DNA of 42,087 nt, from NCBI GenBank assembly GCA_963813075.1, contig CAWEXU010000014.1, positions 1 to 42,087 on the forward strand. Direction: 5' to 3'. The translations under genes were made by a program, and so were the position numbers. The notes beneath the pieces were generated by a model, which made no database searches, was not told where the DNA came from, and worked only from the letters and a program-made list of their open reading frames with translations. The DNA comes from Methanotrichaceae archaeon. Its GTDB lineage: Archaea; Halobacteriota; Methanosarcinia; Methanotrichales; Methanotrichaceae. Positions within the stretch are counted from its first letter, which is position 1; every line of letters starts with the position of its first letter. Of this stretch, positions 30,882 to 42,087 are shown in pieces.

Positions 30882-32810
30882 ATGCAGAAGCTCGCGCCTT
30901 ACGGCTCATGGAAGTCGCCCATCACCTCGGATATGATCGCCTCCCAGACGATCGGCCTGGAGCAGATCGTCCTCGACGGATCCGATGTCTATTGGATAGA
31001 ATCTCGCCCGGCGGAGGGTGGAAGGTGTGTTATCTCAAGATACAGTCCTGGAAAGGAGATCGAGGACATAACCCCAGCGCCCTTCAACGCCAGGACCCGG
31101 GTGCATGAGTACGGCGGAGGGGCATACACCGTCTTTGGTCGCACCGTCTTCTTCTCCAACTTCGCTGATCAGCGGCTCTACCGCCTCGATCCGGGCTCGG
31201 TCCCCCGGCCCATCACCCCCGCCGGTGAGCGTCGATATGCCGACGGGGTGATCGATGCCCGCCGCAACCGGATGATCTGCATCTGCGAGGACCACCGCCA
31301 TCCCAGGCAGAGAGGCGGCCAATAGCATTGTGGCGGTCGATCTGGATGGCGAGGAGGAGATGCAAGTTCTGGCCCAGGGATACGACTTTTATTCCTCTCC
31401 CCGCATCAGCCCGGACGGCGGAAAGCTGGCCTGGCTGTCCTGGAATCATCCCCAGATGCCCTGGGATGGAACCGAGCTGTGGACGGGCGAGCTGGAGCAG
31501 GACGGAAAGTTGGGCGCAGTGGAAAGGGTGGCCGGAGGGCCAGATGAATCCATATTCCAGCCGGAGTGGTCGCCTGACGGCATTTTGCATTTCGTCTCCG
31601 ACCGGACGGGATGGTCCAACCTCTACCGCTGGCAGGACGGGCACGCTTCGGCGCTCACCGATATGCAAGCAGAGCTGTCCAGTCCTCAGTGGCGGTTCGG
31701 CTTTTCCACCTATGCCTTTCAGTCCCCGGATCGCATTATCTGCACCTATACCAAAGATGGCATCTGGAAGCTGGCCCTTCTTGATACATCCAGCTTGAGG
31801 ATCGATCCAATAAAGACGCCTTTCACCGATATCTCCTACCTGGAGAGCCTGGCAAGGATCACGCCCTCTTCATCGCCGGCTCTCCCGATCAGCCCACCTC
31901 GGTGGTGAAGCTCGACCTCCCCACCGGGGATATGGAAGTGCTGCGCCGCTCCAGCCGGGCGGCCGTCGACGAGGGTTACCTCTCCCGGCCGGAGGCCATC
32001 GACTATCCGGCTGGAGAGGGACTCTGGCCCATGCCTTCTACTACCGGCCGAAGAACAAAGACTTCCAGGCTCCATCCGAGGAGCGCCCGCCATTGCTGGT
32101 CATCAGCCACGGTGGCCCCACCGGAGCAGCCTCCAGCGCCCTCAACCTGATGATCCAGCACTGGACCAGCAGGGGAATTGCGGTGCTGGATGTGAACTAC
32201 GGCGGCAGCACCGGTTACGGCAGGGCTTATCGAGAGCGGCTCAAGGGCAAATGGGGGAAAGTAGACGTCGACGACTGCGCAAATGGGGCCATCTTTTTGG
32301 CGGAAAGGGGAGACGTTGACCCTGACCGCCTGATCATCCGGGGCGGGAGCGCCGGTGGGTTACACCACACTGGCCGCTCTGGCCTTCCGCCGGACCTTCC
32401 GTGCCGGGGCAAGCTACTATGGAGTGAGCGACCTGGAGATTCTCGCCCGGGAGACCCATAAGTTCGAGTCGAGATATCTGGACGGTCTGGTGGGTCCATA
32501 TCCAGAGCGGATCGATCTTTATCGAGAGCGCTCTCCCATCCATTTTCCGGAAAAGCTCTCCTGCCCGGTGATCTTCTTCCAGGGCACCGAGGACAAGATC
32601 GTCCCTCCCAATCAGGCCAGGATGATGTTCGACGCCCTGCGAGCCAGAGGCCTGCCCACTGCATTGGTGGAGTTTGAGGGAGAGCAGCATGGCTTCAGGA
32701 GGGCTGAGAACATCAAAAGAGCCCTGGACGCGGAGCTGTATTTTTACTCCCGGATCTTCAATTTCCAGACCGCTGAGCACATCGAGCCCGTGCCGATAGA
32801 GAATCTATAG
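30882..32810 (+). CDS. S9-family (prolyl oligopeptidase/acylaminoacyl) peptidase, split by several frameshifts
   Basis: [56 protein letters not shown], spread over consecutive ORFs. Confidence 0.9.
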
Positions 32811-32891
32811 CTCTAAATCTTCTTTATCCTCTTTTTCTCATTGATAAGCTATAATAGCCATGAGACACAATTTTATAAGGAGGTGTCAAAC

Positions 32892-34124
32892 TTGAAATCC
32901 ATTGCAGCAATTCTGCTGCTTTTGCTGCTATCTCTCTGTCTGCCAGCCGCCCTGGCAGCAGACGATAGCTCCTCTGTAGAGGCCACAACTGCCATCACCC
33001 TGCCCGTGGACTCCGTCACCATCTATCCTGACGGCCTGATGGCAGTGAAGAGGACGGGATCATTGGATGTGACCGAGGGAGCCCATAAGTTCGTGGTCAA
33101 TGTGCCGGATAAGGCCGATCAGAGTTCGGTCCTTCTCTCGGTGAGCAATGCCACCACCGAGAGGGTGGTCTACGAGGCAGACCCCATCTACACCCTGAAC
33201 ATACTGTCCGCTGGATCGCAGAGATTCGATCTGAGCTACCTCATGTACGATTCCGCTGCCTGGAAGCCCATATACGACCTGCACCTCAGCGAGGATAAGG
33301 TGCTGGTGAAGTCCAATGCCGTGGTGAGCAACCGGGGTGGTGAGGACCTGAAGGACGTGCGGCTCAAGCTGGTGGCCGGTCTCTCTCCAGTAGTGCAGGC
33401 AAGTCCTGCTCCCAGAAGCCTGGGCGCGGCAGATGCTAAAATGGCGTATGAGGTGGAAGAAGCGGCAGTGGAAGAAGCGTATCTTCCCTCCACGGGCGAA
33501 TTGGAGACCCTTTATATCTTTGAACTGGAGGGACGAAAGGACCTGGCCATGGACAAGGAGATCGGCTTCCCCCTATTCGAGAAGGAGTCTCCCCTGGTGA
33601 GAGTCTATACCTGGGAGGCCAGCTGGCAGCCGGAGGGTCCGGCTGATGAGGAGATCCGGGTGAACAACACTCTGGAGAGCCCCTGGCCGGAGGGGAAGGC
33701 CATGCTCTACCGGAATGGTGAGTACGTCTCTACCATCCAGATGCCCTATACCCCGGCCGGCACCAATGCCTCCATAGTGGTCGGCACCTCTGCCGATCTG
33801 TTGCTGGAGCGAAAGCTCTCCGACTATAACCGGACCGAGGAGATCAGAGCGATAAGTACGCCTGAGGGCAATCGCACTGTCAAGGAGATCCGGCAGAACT
33901 GGACCTACCGTCTGATGATCAAGAGCAACCTGGACCGGACTGCAGCTTTGGAGGTGACAGATACAGTACCACAGGAGGCGGTGATGATCTCAGTCTCCCC
34001 CGAGCCTGATGAGAGAACGGCCACCACTTTGAAGTGGAAGCTGGATATCATGGCACGCCAGGAGACCTCGATCAACTACACCTACCAGGTGAAGACGACG
34101 GAGAGCCTGGACAGAGGAAATTGA
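32892..34124 (+). CDS. Secreted DUF4139-family protein
   Basis: aggaggt RBS before TTG 32892; signal peptide; SVTIYPDG, LSY....A.WKP.YDL, N..GEDL.DV.LKLVAG, LKWKL. Confidence 0.75.
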   Translation: MKSIAAILLLLLLSLCLPAALAADDSSSVEATTAITLPVDSVTIYPDGLMAVKRTGSLDVTEGAHKFVVNVPDKADQSSVLLSVSNATTERVVYEADPIYTLNILSAGSQRFDLSYLMYDSAAWKPIYDLHLSEDKVLVKSNAVVSNRGGEDLKDVRLKLVAGLSPVVQASPAPRSLGAADAKMAYEVEEAAVEEAYLPSTGELETLYIFELEGRKDLAMDKEIGFPLFEKESPLVRVYTWEASWQPEGPADEEIRVNNTLESPWPEGKAMLYRNGEYVSTIQMPYTPAGTNASIVVGTSADLLLERKLSDYNRTEEIRAISTPEGNRTVKEIRQNWTYRLMIKSNLDRTAALEVTDTVPQEAVMISVSPEPDERTATTLKWKLDIMARQETSINYTYQVKTTESLDRGN

Positions 34125-34180
34125 TGGCAGATCTTTCTCATTTTTTTAGGAAAAATTAATTGGCCAGTGGACAGCAGCGC

Positions 34181-34639
34181 TTAATCCACCTGGACCCTCT
34201 GGGCATTGACCACTACCAATTTCGGAAGATGCACCTCGAGGATGCCGTTATTGAACACTGCTCGCACCTGCTCCGGCTTGACCTCCGCTGGCAGCTTGAT
34301 CTCCCTTTTCAGGCTTATGGAGCTAAGCTCCCGGTGCAGATATTTACCCTCCCTGGGGTCGGCCCTGGCATCTACGTACAGGCTGTCCTCGGTCACCCTC
34401 AGATCGATCTTATCCTTGCTGGCGCCGGGCAGGGCCACCAGAGCTATCAGCTCGACATCGGCATCTATGAGGTCGATGGGTGCCTGGTCCAGGCTCTTTA
34501 CCTCGCCCATCTCGCCCGTCACATCGCCCAGGATCTTCCTTGCCGCCTGGCTGGCCTGGCTGGACATTCTGGCCGCCTCGACCGCCGCTTTGCCGATCAT
34601 GCGTTCCAGATCGCTGGTACCTGAAGAATCGGATCTCAT
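34181..34639 (-). CDS. Hsp20/alpha-crystallin small heat-shock protein
   Basis: PIDL...LPG..K..I.L, REIKLP..V......A.FNNGILEVHLPK. Confidence 0.9.
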   Translation of the reverse strand: MRSDSSGTSDLERMIGKAAVEAARMSSQASQAARKILGDVTGEMGEVKSLDQAPIDLIDADVELIALVALPGASKDKIDLRVTEDSLYVDARADPREGKYLHRELSSISLKREIKLPAEVKPEQVRAVFNNGILEVHLPKLVVVNAQRVQVD

Positions 34640-34679
34640 AACTGGAAATAGCGCTCTGTTCTCATAAAGCCTTTTGCAT

Positions 34680-36031
34680 TCACTTTAATTGCGCTCCCTG
34701 GAAGCGTCCGTAGCCCGGTCCGGCCACCAGATCATCATCCCAGACCACAGATCCCCTTATGATCGTCATCCGGGGAAGGATGGCCTTCATCCCCTCGAAG
34801 GGAGTCCAATCCGCCCGGCTGTGCAGTCGATCGGCCCTTATCTCCACCACCCTCTTGGGGTCGACTATCACTAAATCGGCATCCTTTCCCACACTGATTG
34901 CCCCTTTTTTTGCCAATTCGAAGATCCTCGCCGGCCCGGTGGCCAGAGCATCCACCAATCGGTCCAGGCGAAGAAGGTTCCTCCTAACGGCATAGAGCAT
35001 CAGCGGCAGCATGGTCTCCACCCCAGGAACCCCGGAAGGGGCCTCCCAGATGTCCTCTCTCTTCTCTTCCGGGAGGTGGGGTGCATGGTCTGAGGCCAGA
35101 ATATCGATGCTGCCCGTCCTCAGCCCCTCCCAGAGCCGATCGTTGTCCGCCTGACTGCGCAGGGGCGGGTTCATCTTCAGGAATGAGCCCTGCTTTTTAT
35201 AGTCCCCAACATTGAGGAGGAGGTGGTGAGGTGTCAACCTCGCAGCTCAGCCTCATGTTTGGTCTTAGCCTTATTATGAGCTAATCTTTCGGTCCCGGCG
35301 GTGGCATTCTCCTCTTCAGCCCGCTCCTGCCTGGCCCTTTCAATCAGATTCAGCCCCTGGCCGCAGCTTAAGTGGCAGATGTGCAGATGATCCGACCAGG
35401 CCAGAACCTTCTCTATCGACCGGACCTCAGCCTCCACCGGCCGGGCGAGAGAGTGGACCTCGGGATCCTGCCGGCTGGATAAGGCCGTTGCCAACTCCCT
35501 AATAATAGAGCCATCCTCAGCATGAATCGTAGCCAGCAACTCGAGCCTTTTTGTCTCGGCGAGAATCCGAACAATCTCCGGGTCGCTTAGCTCATAGCAG
35601 AATATCTCCCCGATGGCCTGGGCTCCTGCCTTTTTCAGCTCCTCGATCTTGCCCGGACCGCCATTGATGCAATAGTCCACCACGGAGCTGGCTCGCGCCC
35701 GATCCAGCTTCAGCTCGAATGACCCCCGGTCCAGGGTCCTGGGATCGGTGTTCGGCTGATCGATGACTGTGGTGATCCCTCCGGCGGCTGCGGAAGTGGA
35801 TCCGGAGAGCCAGTCCTCTTTGTATGTCGGTCCAGGATCGCGAAAATGGACATGAGAATCGATGCATCCCGGCAGGACCAGCATACCTTTAGCATCGATC
35901 CTCTCCGGTGCCCGGTGAGGGCCTCCCAGGGCCGCGATCCTCCCCTCATTGATCCAGATATCGATGCTCTTCAGCCCGCTTTTGGTATAGACCCGGCCGT
36001 TTGATACCGCCAGATCAAAGTTTATATCCAA
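34680..36031 (-). CDS. pyrC: Dihydroorotase; indels near 35235-35260
   Basis: [54 protein letters not shown]. Probable TTG start after ggagg. Confidence 0.9.
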
Positions 36032-36518
36032 ACCTCCTGAGCAAGAGACGTCTCTCTTCTGTCTGCTGGTCGTTCTCCGTCCCCCTGGGCACGAAGCCAT
36101 CGATCACGCCCATGATCCCTCTTCCTAGATCCGTCTCGGCCACCACCACTTCCAGGGGATTGGCAGTAGCGCAGAAGATCCCGCAGACCTCCTGGATGGA
36201 TTTGATGGCATTGAGAACGTTTATCGGAAAAGCCCCTTTCATCAGCAGCACGAAGGTATGGCCGCAGGCCAGGTTGAGTGAGTTTTTCTTTGCCGCCTCA
36301 ACCAGCTCTTTATCATTTCCCTCAGTGCGCACCAGACAGTCGCCGCTGGCTTCAGAGAATGCTATGCCGAACTTCGCTCCGGGGGCGGTGCCGGCCATGG
36401 CCTCATAAAGGTCCTCTGCCGTCTTTATGAAATGGCTCTGCCCTAAAACCAGGTTCGATCCCTCTGGGATTTCCATCTTCACGATCTTGAGTTCCATCTT
36501 CAACCCTTCGAGGATCAA
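36015..36518 (-). CDS. Adenosine-specific kinase / DUF355 family protein
   Basis: [44 protein letters not shown]. Confidence 0.9.
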   Translation of the reverse strand: MILEGLKMELKIVKMEIPEGSNLVLGQSHFIKTAEDLYEAMAGTAPGAKFGIAFSEASGDCLVRTEGNDKELVEAAKKNSLNLACGHTFVLLMKGAFPINVLNAIKSIQEVCGIFCATANPLEVVVAETDLGRGIMGVIDGFVPRGTENDQQTEERRLLLRRFGYKL

Positions 36519-36561
36519 TATTGCCGCTGGCAGGACTTATACTTTGGTCTGCCTGTTCGGC

Positions 36562-36843
36562 CTACTTTCTCAGGCCCTTCTTCGGCCCATGATATTGAAC
36601 GGCCATCTTTTTGGTCTTCTTCAGAATGAACCAGGATGTGAGATAGTAGATGGCCATAAAGAGCACCGCAGAATAAGCCGCCATGACAATGGATTCTGTG
36701 AAGCTCAACCTCAACAGAAAATATGAGTATGGAATATAAATCAGCAGCACGAAAGCCGCGGCAATGGCTGCCTGCTGAATCAGTGAATACTGCCGGAAGC
36801 GCAGGATGATCGCCGAATAGCTCAAACTGGGAAAATTTACCAA
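36562..36843 (-). CDS. Small hypothetical membrane protein (2 TM)
   Basis: Two hydrophobic segments and a basic C-terminus (GPKKGLRK); overlaps the upstream stop codon. Confidence 0.7.
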   Translation of the reverse strand: MVNFPSLSYSAIILRFRQYSLIQQAAIAAAFVLLIYIPYSYFLLRLSFTESIVMAAYSAVLFMAIYYLTSWFILKKTKKMAVQYHGPKKGLRK

Positions 36844-37734
36844 GGATCTTTCACCTCTTCCTCATTGAGCATCCCCTTCCTGATCATATAAAGCCTTGTC
36901 CACCAGAGATTGACCAGGGGGGCCAGGACGAAAATGCTCGCCAGACTGCTGATCAATGACATCAACTGATATGCTTCCTCGTTTCCCATGGAGATAAAGC
37001 TGCCTGCCATCTCTAAAACCAGGGATAGAGCCACCACCACCAGCCACAGAATCAGGACATCGAACTTGTTGTAGCGGAAGAAATCTATAGCTGCCCTTAA
37101 GGCCTGCACCGGCCCGGTATCCTCAATCACCAGAGCATAAGGTGCAGGTGGATAATATGATTGACAGGACCAGGGCATAGAGGATGAACAGCAGAAATCC
37201 CGCCAGGATCACCCCCAGCCCTTCAAGGCTGTCAGGATTCCCGGATACTGCTTCGCCAAGCTGCTCCACACCGGGGAGGAGGAAGATGAGCCCGGCCATC
37301 GTCACCAATCCTACAATGAGGCTCAGGAGAAACATATTCCAAAAGTGCTTCCTTCCCGCGGACCACATGGCCGATGTCCTCGATCTCCCCTCCACAAGAG
37401 CCTGCCTGGCCATGCCTATCGCACCGGCATTGAAGTACGATCCCACCAATGAGAGGGCTGCAATCATGCCCAGGATGAGGAGGATTATGGGGAGAAGATC
37501 CTGCCAGTCCATCCCGGCAAACAGCTCCTCCATTGCCCCCGGTTCCTCTAAATTCTCCAATTGAGTCCAGTCCTCACCCAGCAACGGAGTTGCCGCCAGG
37601 AATATAGCAACAAAAAAGACAACGACGATCAGGATCGAGGCGAGGCCGCTGTAGATAAAGGGAATGCAAAGGTTGAGGTTCTTCTTCCAGATTCTAAAGC
37701 CCTTACCGATCAACTGTCCAATCTCTTCCATCAC
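36837..37734 (-). CDS. Multi-pass membrane protein; frameshift near 37150
   Basis: ORFs 37123..37734 and 36837..37178 form one hydrophobic protein (KGFRIWKKNLNLCIP...APYALVI...WWTRLY). Confidence 0.8.
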
Positions 37735-37890
37735 AATCCTCCTGTCATCTCTGGATCCTGTGGCCCAAATGATGCCATGGCTTTTTCGCCCTTCACTCCC
37801 ATTTTATCTCAGTCCCTGATGCACTGCGCCCCTGGCCAGAGGCGGTTTTGTATCTTCAGGCCAATTTTTGCCTCAGAGATCAATTGATGA

Positions 37891-38904
<1,014 letters not shown>

Positions 38905-38914
38905 GGTGTTTTAG

Positions 38915-39085
38915 ATGAGCAAGGGTACTCCTTCAATGGGCAAGCGCCACAAGAGCTCGCATATCAGATGCCGGCGGTGTGGTAGCATCTCGTTTAATTT
39001 CAAGAGAAAGGTTTGTGTTCAATGCGGCTTTGGCAACTCAACGAAGCTCAGAAGCCATAAGTGGATGAGAAAAGCGGATTACTAG
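38915..39085 (+). CDS. rpl37e: 50S ribosomal protein L37e (56 aa, absent from the supplied ORF track)
   Basis: Manual translation: [56 protein letters not shown]. Confidence 0.96.
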   Translation: MSKGTPSMGKRHKSSHIRCRRCGSISFNFKRKVCVQCGFGNSTKLRSHKWMRKADY

Positions 39086-39115
39086 AGAGCGAAAGAAGAT
39101 CTGAAGAGGCAAGAT

Positions 39116-40567
39116 TTGCACGATGCCTGCGGCGTTGTAGGGATCTCATTAAATGAGACGGCCAATGGCGCAGCCAAATCCATCTATTATTCCCTCTATG
39201 CTCTGCAGCATAGGGGGCAGGAGGCTGCCGGCATCTCGGTGCACGATGGCAAGTCCATTCGCACCCACCGGGCCATGGGATTGGTCTCGGAGGTCTTCGA
39301 TGATGCCCAGATCTCCCTTCTGCGTGGCCGGGTGGGCATCGGTCACGTCCGATATGCAACCAGCGGTCGTTCCACTATAGAGAACAGCCAGCCTCTTTTA
39401 GTTAAATACAAGGACGGTGCCATAGCCATCGCCCATAATGGGAACCTGGTCAACTCCAATCAGCTCCGGGAGCAGTTGGAGGAGGCGGGGGACATATTCT
39501 ATTCCACCTCGGACACCGAGGTAATAGCGCACCTGTTTGTCAAAGAGCTCCTCCACTATGACCTGCAGGAGGCAGTGCGCGCTCTGATGAAAAAGATCGT
39601 GGGCTCTTACTCCCTGGTGTTTCTCTGGGGGGATACCGTCCTTGCCTTACGCGATCCACTGGGAATCAAACCCCTGTGTATCGGAGAGGTCGATTCAGGG
39701 TTCATGGTGGCCTCGGAGAGCGTGGCCATAGATACCTTAAACGGCAGGCTGATAAGGGATGTCAAGCCGGGCGAATTGATAGTGATAAGGAACGGCGAGA
39801 TGAATTCCTATCAGCTAGCCCGTTCCCCCCGGCCCGCTCACTGCATCTTCGAGTACATCTACTTCGCCCGGCCGGACAGCATCATGGATGGCCGCCTGAT
39901 CTATGATGTGCGGGTGAACATCGGCTCCAACCTGGCAGGAGAGCATCCTGCCTGTGCGGACACCGTTGCCCCCATTCCCGATTCTGGCATAACCTTAGCC
40001 GTGGGCTACCACCAGCGTTCAGGCATAACTTATAGGGAGTGCCTGATGAAGAACCGCTACATAGGCCGGACCTTCATCATGCCCGATCAGAGCATGAGGG
40101 AGACGGCAGTGCGCCTTAAGATGAACACCATCCGGCCGAACATCGAGGGGCATAAGCTAATCTTAGTGGACGACTCTATTGTGCGCGGCACCACCAGCCG
40201 GAGGATTGTGAACATGGTTCGCAAGGCAGGAGCGGAAGAGGTGCACGTCCGCATAGGCAGCCCGCCCATACTCGCCCCCTGCTATCTGGGCATCGACATG
40301 GCCAGCCGGGATGAGCTGATCGCCGCCCATAAGACCGTCGCCGGGGTGGAGGCGGTGATAGAAGCCGACTCTCTGGGCTATGTGAGCCACGAGGGGCTGG
40401 TGGATGCAGTGGGCATACCAAAAGAGAACCTGTGCATGGGGTGCCTGACCGGCCTGTATCCGGTGGAAATACCGGGAGAGAAGTGCATGGCGGAGCAGAC
40501 CCGGCTCTCCGAGTACCTTGACGAAGGCTTTTTGAAGGGCTCTATGTATTTATCTCAAAAAAAATAG
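39116..40567 (+). CDS. purF: Amidophosphoribosyltransferase
   Basis: CGVVG, LQHRGQE, GHVRY, AHNGN, CIFEYIYFARPDS, LVDDSIVRGTT. Confidence 0.97.
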   Translation: MHDACGVVGISLNETANGAAKSIYYSLYALQHRGQEAAGISVHDGKSIRTHRAMGLVSEVFDDAQISLLRGRVGIGHVRYATSGRSTIENSQPLLVKYKDGAIAIAHNGNLVNSNQLREQLEEAGDIFYSTSDTEVIAHLFVKELLHYDLQEAVRALMKKIVGSYSLVFLWGDTVLALRDPLGIKPLCIGEVDSGFMVASESVAIDTLNGRLIRDVKPGELIVIRNGEMNSYQLARSPRPAHCIFEYIYFARPDSIMDGRLIYDVRVNIGSNLAGEHPACADTVAPIPDSGITLAVGYHQRSGITYRECLMKNRYIGRTFIMPDQSMRETAVRLKMNTIRPNIEGHKLILVDDSIVRGTTSRRIVNMVRKAGAEEVHVRIGSPPILAPCYLGIDMASRDELIAAHKTVAGVEAVIEADSLGYVSHEGLVDAVGIPKENLCMGCLTGLYPVEIPGEKCMAEQTRLSEYLDEGFLKGSMYLSQKK

Positions 40568-40583
40568 AATTTATAAAAAAATT

Positions 40584-41876
40584 TTAAGCTGAGGGCGTTG
40601 GTGGTTTAAGCATTACCAAAGCTACTACAATGCCAACAACAGCCAGGATAATTACATAGGGGAATACATTGACGTATCCTCCCAGCATGTCCTTTGCTGC
40701 ACCTGCCATCAGGTTTCCGATTATTGCGCCCACACCGTAGGCTGTGAAGACAAGTCCGTAGTTGCGAGCATAATCCTTGGTGCCGAAGTAGCTTGCTGTA
40801 GCCGCAGGGGCAATAGCCAGCCAGCCTCCCAGGCAGAGCCAGAGTATGGAGAAGGATATGGCGTACATATTGACATTTGTAGGATTCAAATACACCAGCA
40901 AAGATGCGATTATGATCAAAACGTAGGACAGAACGGCCGCTCTTGGTGGAGTAAGCTTATCGGTCAATGTGCCGAAGATCGGCCTTCCAACAGCATTACA
41001 GAAGGCGAAGGGCAGAACCAGGTTTGTCATCAGAACTCCGGCGGCAATTACTTCCATATTGGCATTGGCAGCTATCTCCAAGCCAGCTGGTTTGGCAACT
41101 CCTATGGCCATTAGACCGGCCAGGGCACCAATGACGTAACAGATCCACAATCCCATGAAGGTCTTGGTCTTTGTCATCTCACTTCGGGTGAATTCTGATT
41201 TTGGTGCGCCTGCAGCAGCCACAGGTGGCTTCCATCCACTGGGACACCAGCCCGCGGGCGGGAAGACGAGGAACATGGAGAGGACCACAATCAAAATCAG
41301 GAATATAATGCCAAGGGTACGGAATGTATTGAAGATGCCCATGCTTGCAGTCAGCGAATCGGCCATTTTCCCTGTGATGAACGCGGAGAAGCCAAAGCCA
41401 AGGAGAGTCAATCCCACTGCCAATCCTCTCTTATCGGGGAACCATCTCGCTGCCGTTGTGATTGGGCAGTTATAAGCTATTCCCACGCCTACACCCGCAA
41501 CTAACCCATAAAGAACAGCGAGAGTAATCGGTGAAGTGGCGAACGAGGCTAAGATCCAGCCCAATCCCACAATCACGCCGCCAATCATTCCTACCTTTCG
41601 CGGACCCATCTTCTCAATATATTTACCCACAAGAGGCATAGTCAGGGCGAACATAGCCAGAGATACGATGTAGGGCAGTTGCATCTCGATTGCACTTACC
41701 GTTAGTCCGAAGCCGCCTGACGATACTGGGTCTGTAAATATCTGCTTGAGCGGAACACTGAGTATGCTGTAAGCGTATACTGCACCCAGACATAGCTCAA
41801 TGATCGTGCCGATTAATATCAATAGCCAACGCCCTGATTCAGCGGGCATGCCTAATATCTTCACATCATCTGCCAT
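40584..41876 (-). CDS. MFS transporter, oxalate/formate antiporter (OFA) family
   Basis: GAVYAYS, GPRKV, WFPDKRGLA.G, N..GR...G...D, FG.K.Y..NYG; about 12 TM segments. Confidence 0.88.
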   Translation of the reverse strand: MADDVKILGMPAESGRWLLILIGTIIELCLGAVYAYSILSVPLKQIFTDPVSSGGFGLTVSAIEMQLPYIVSLAMFALTMPLVGKYIEKMGPRKVGMIGGVIVGLGWILASFATSPITLAVLYGLVAGVGVGIAYNCPITTAARWFPDKRGLAVGLTLLGFGFSAFITGKMADSLTASMGIFNTFRTLGIIFLILIVVLSMFLVFPPAGWCPSGWKPPVAAAGAPKSEFTRSEMTKTKTFMGLWICYVIGALAGLMAIGVAKPAGLEIAANANMEVIAAGVLMTNLVLPFAFCNAVGRPIFGTLTDKLTPPRAAVLSYVLIIIASLLVYLNPTNVNMYAISFSILWLCLGGWLAIAPAATASYFGTKDYARNYGLVFTAYGVGAIIGNLMAGAAKDMLGGYVNVFPYVIILAVVGIVVALVMLKPPTPSA

Positions 41877-42087
41877 AAGTCTAACACCTTTTAGAGTGAT
41901 ATTGTATTATTCTCATTCAACACAGGCAATAAGTATCGATACAAATCTATCAAGGAAATCTCTGTAAATTGAGCCTATTAGATCCCTCCCTATTCCCTCC
42001 ATCGCCTTTGAATGATAATCCAATGGCTTCGAACTAATTTCGTCTCCCATATATTTAAATATAGCGGCAAATTATCGCTATTATCGA

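Overview
Mostly core chromosome of a methanogenic archaeon. Methanotrichaceae (Methanothrix-like) is an inference from methanogenesis marker protein 8, top6A/B, RPA, Nop5, Lsm-rpl37e-purF and the secreted-protein families. The first ~4 kb is an AT-rich defence island abutting the 3' end of pyrG. It holds a SIR2-HerA pair and a convergent TIR-domain gene with an in-frame TGA. A degenerate direct copy of the last pyrG codons lies at 1091-1128, so the SIR2-HerA pair is bracketed like an insertion into the pyrG 3' end. Downstream of ftsZ is a translationally coupled three-gene unit: an HTH protein, a full-length ATP-dependent DNA ligase homologue with most catalytic motifs eroded, and an SPL-like radical SAM protein. 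From about 21 to 29 kb is a cluster of secreted proteins, including a repeat-rich surface protein with a 348-bp internal duplication and two tandem lamin-tail-domain genes. Many genes, including essential ones (argS, top6A, top6B), carry 1-2 nt insertions. These are most likely uncorrected long-read errors, so split genes are reported as joined loci. All family assignments come from motif recognition by eye; no searches were run.
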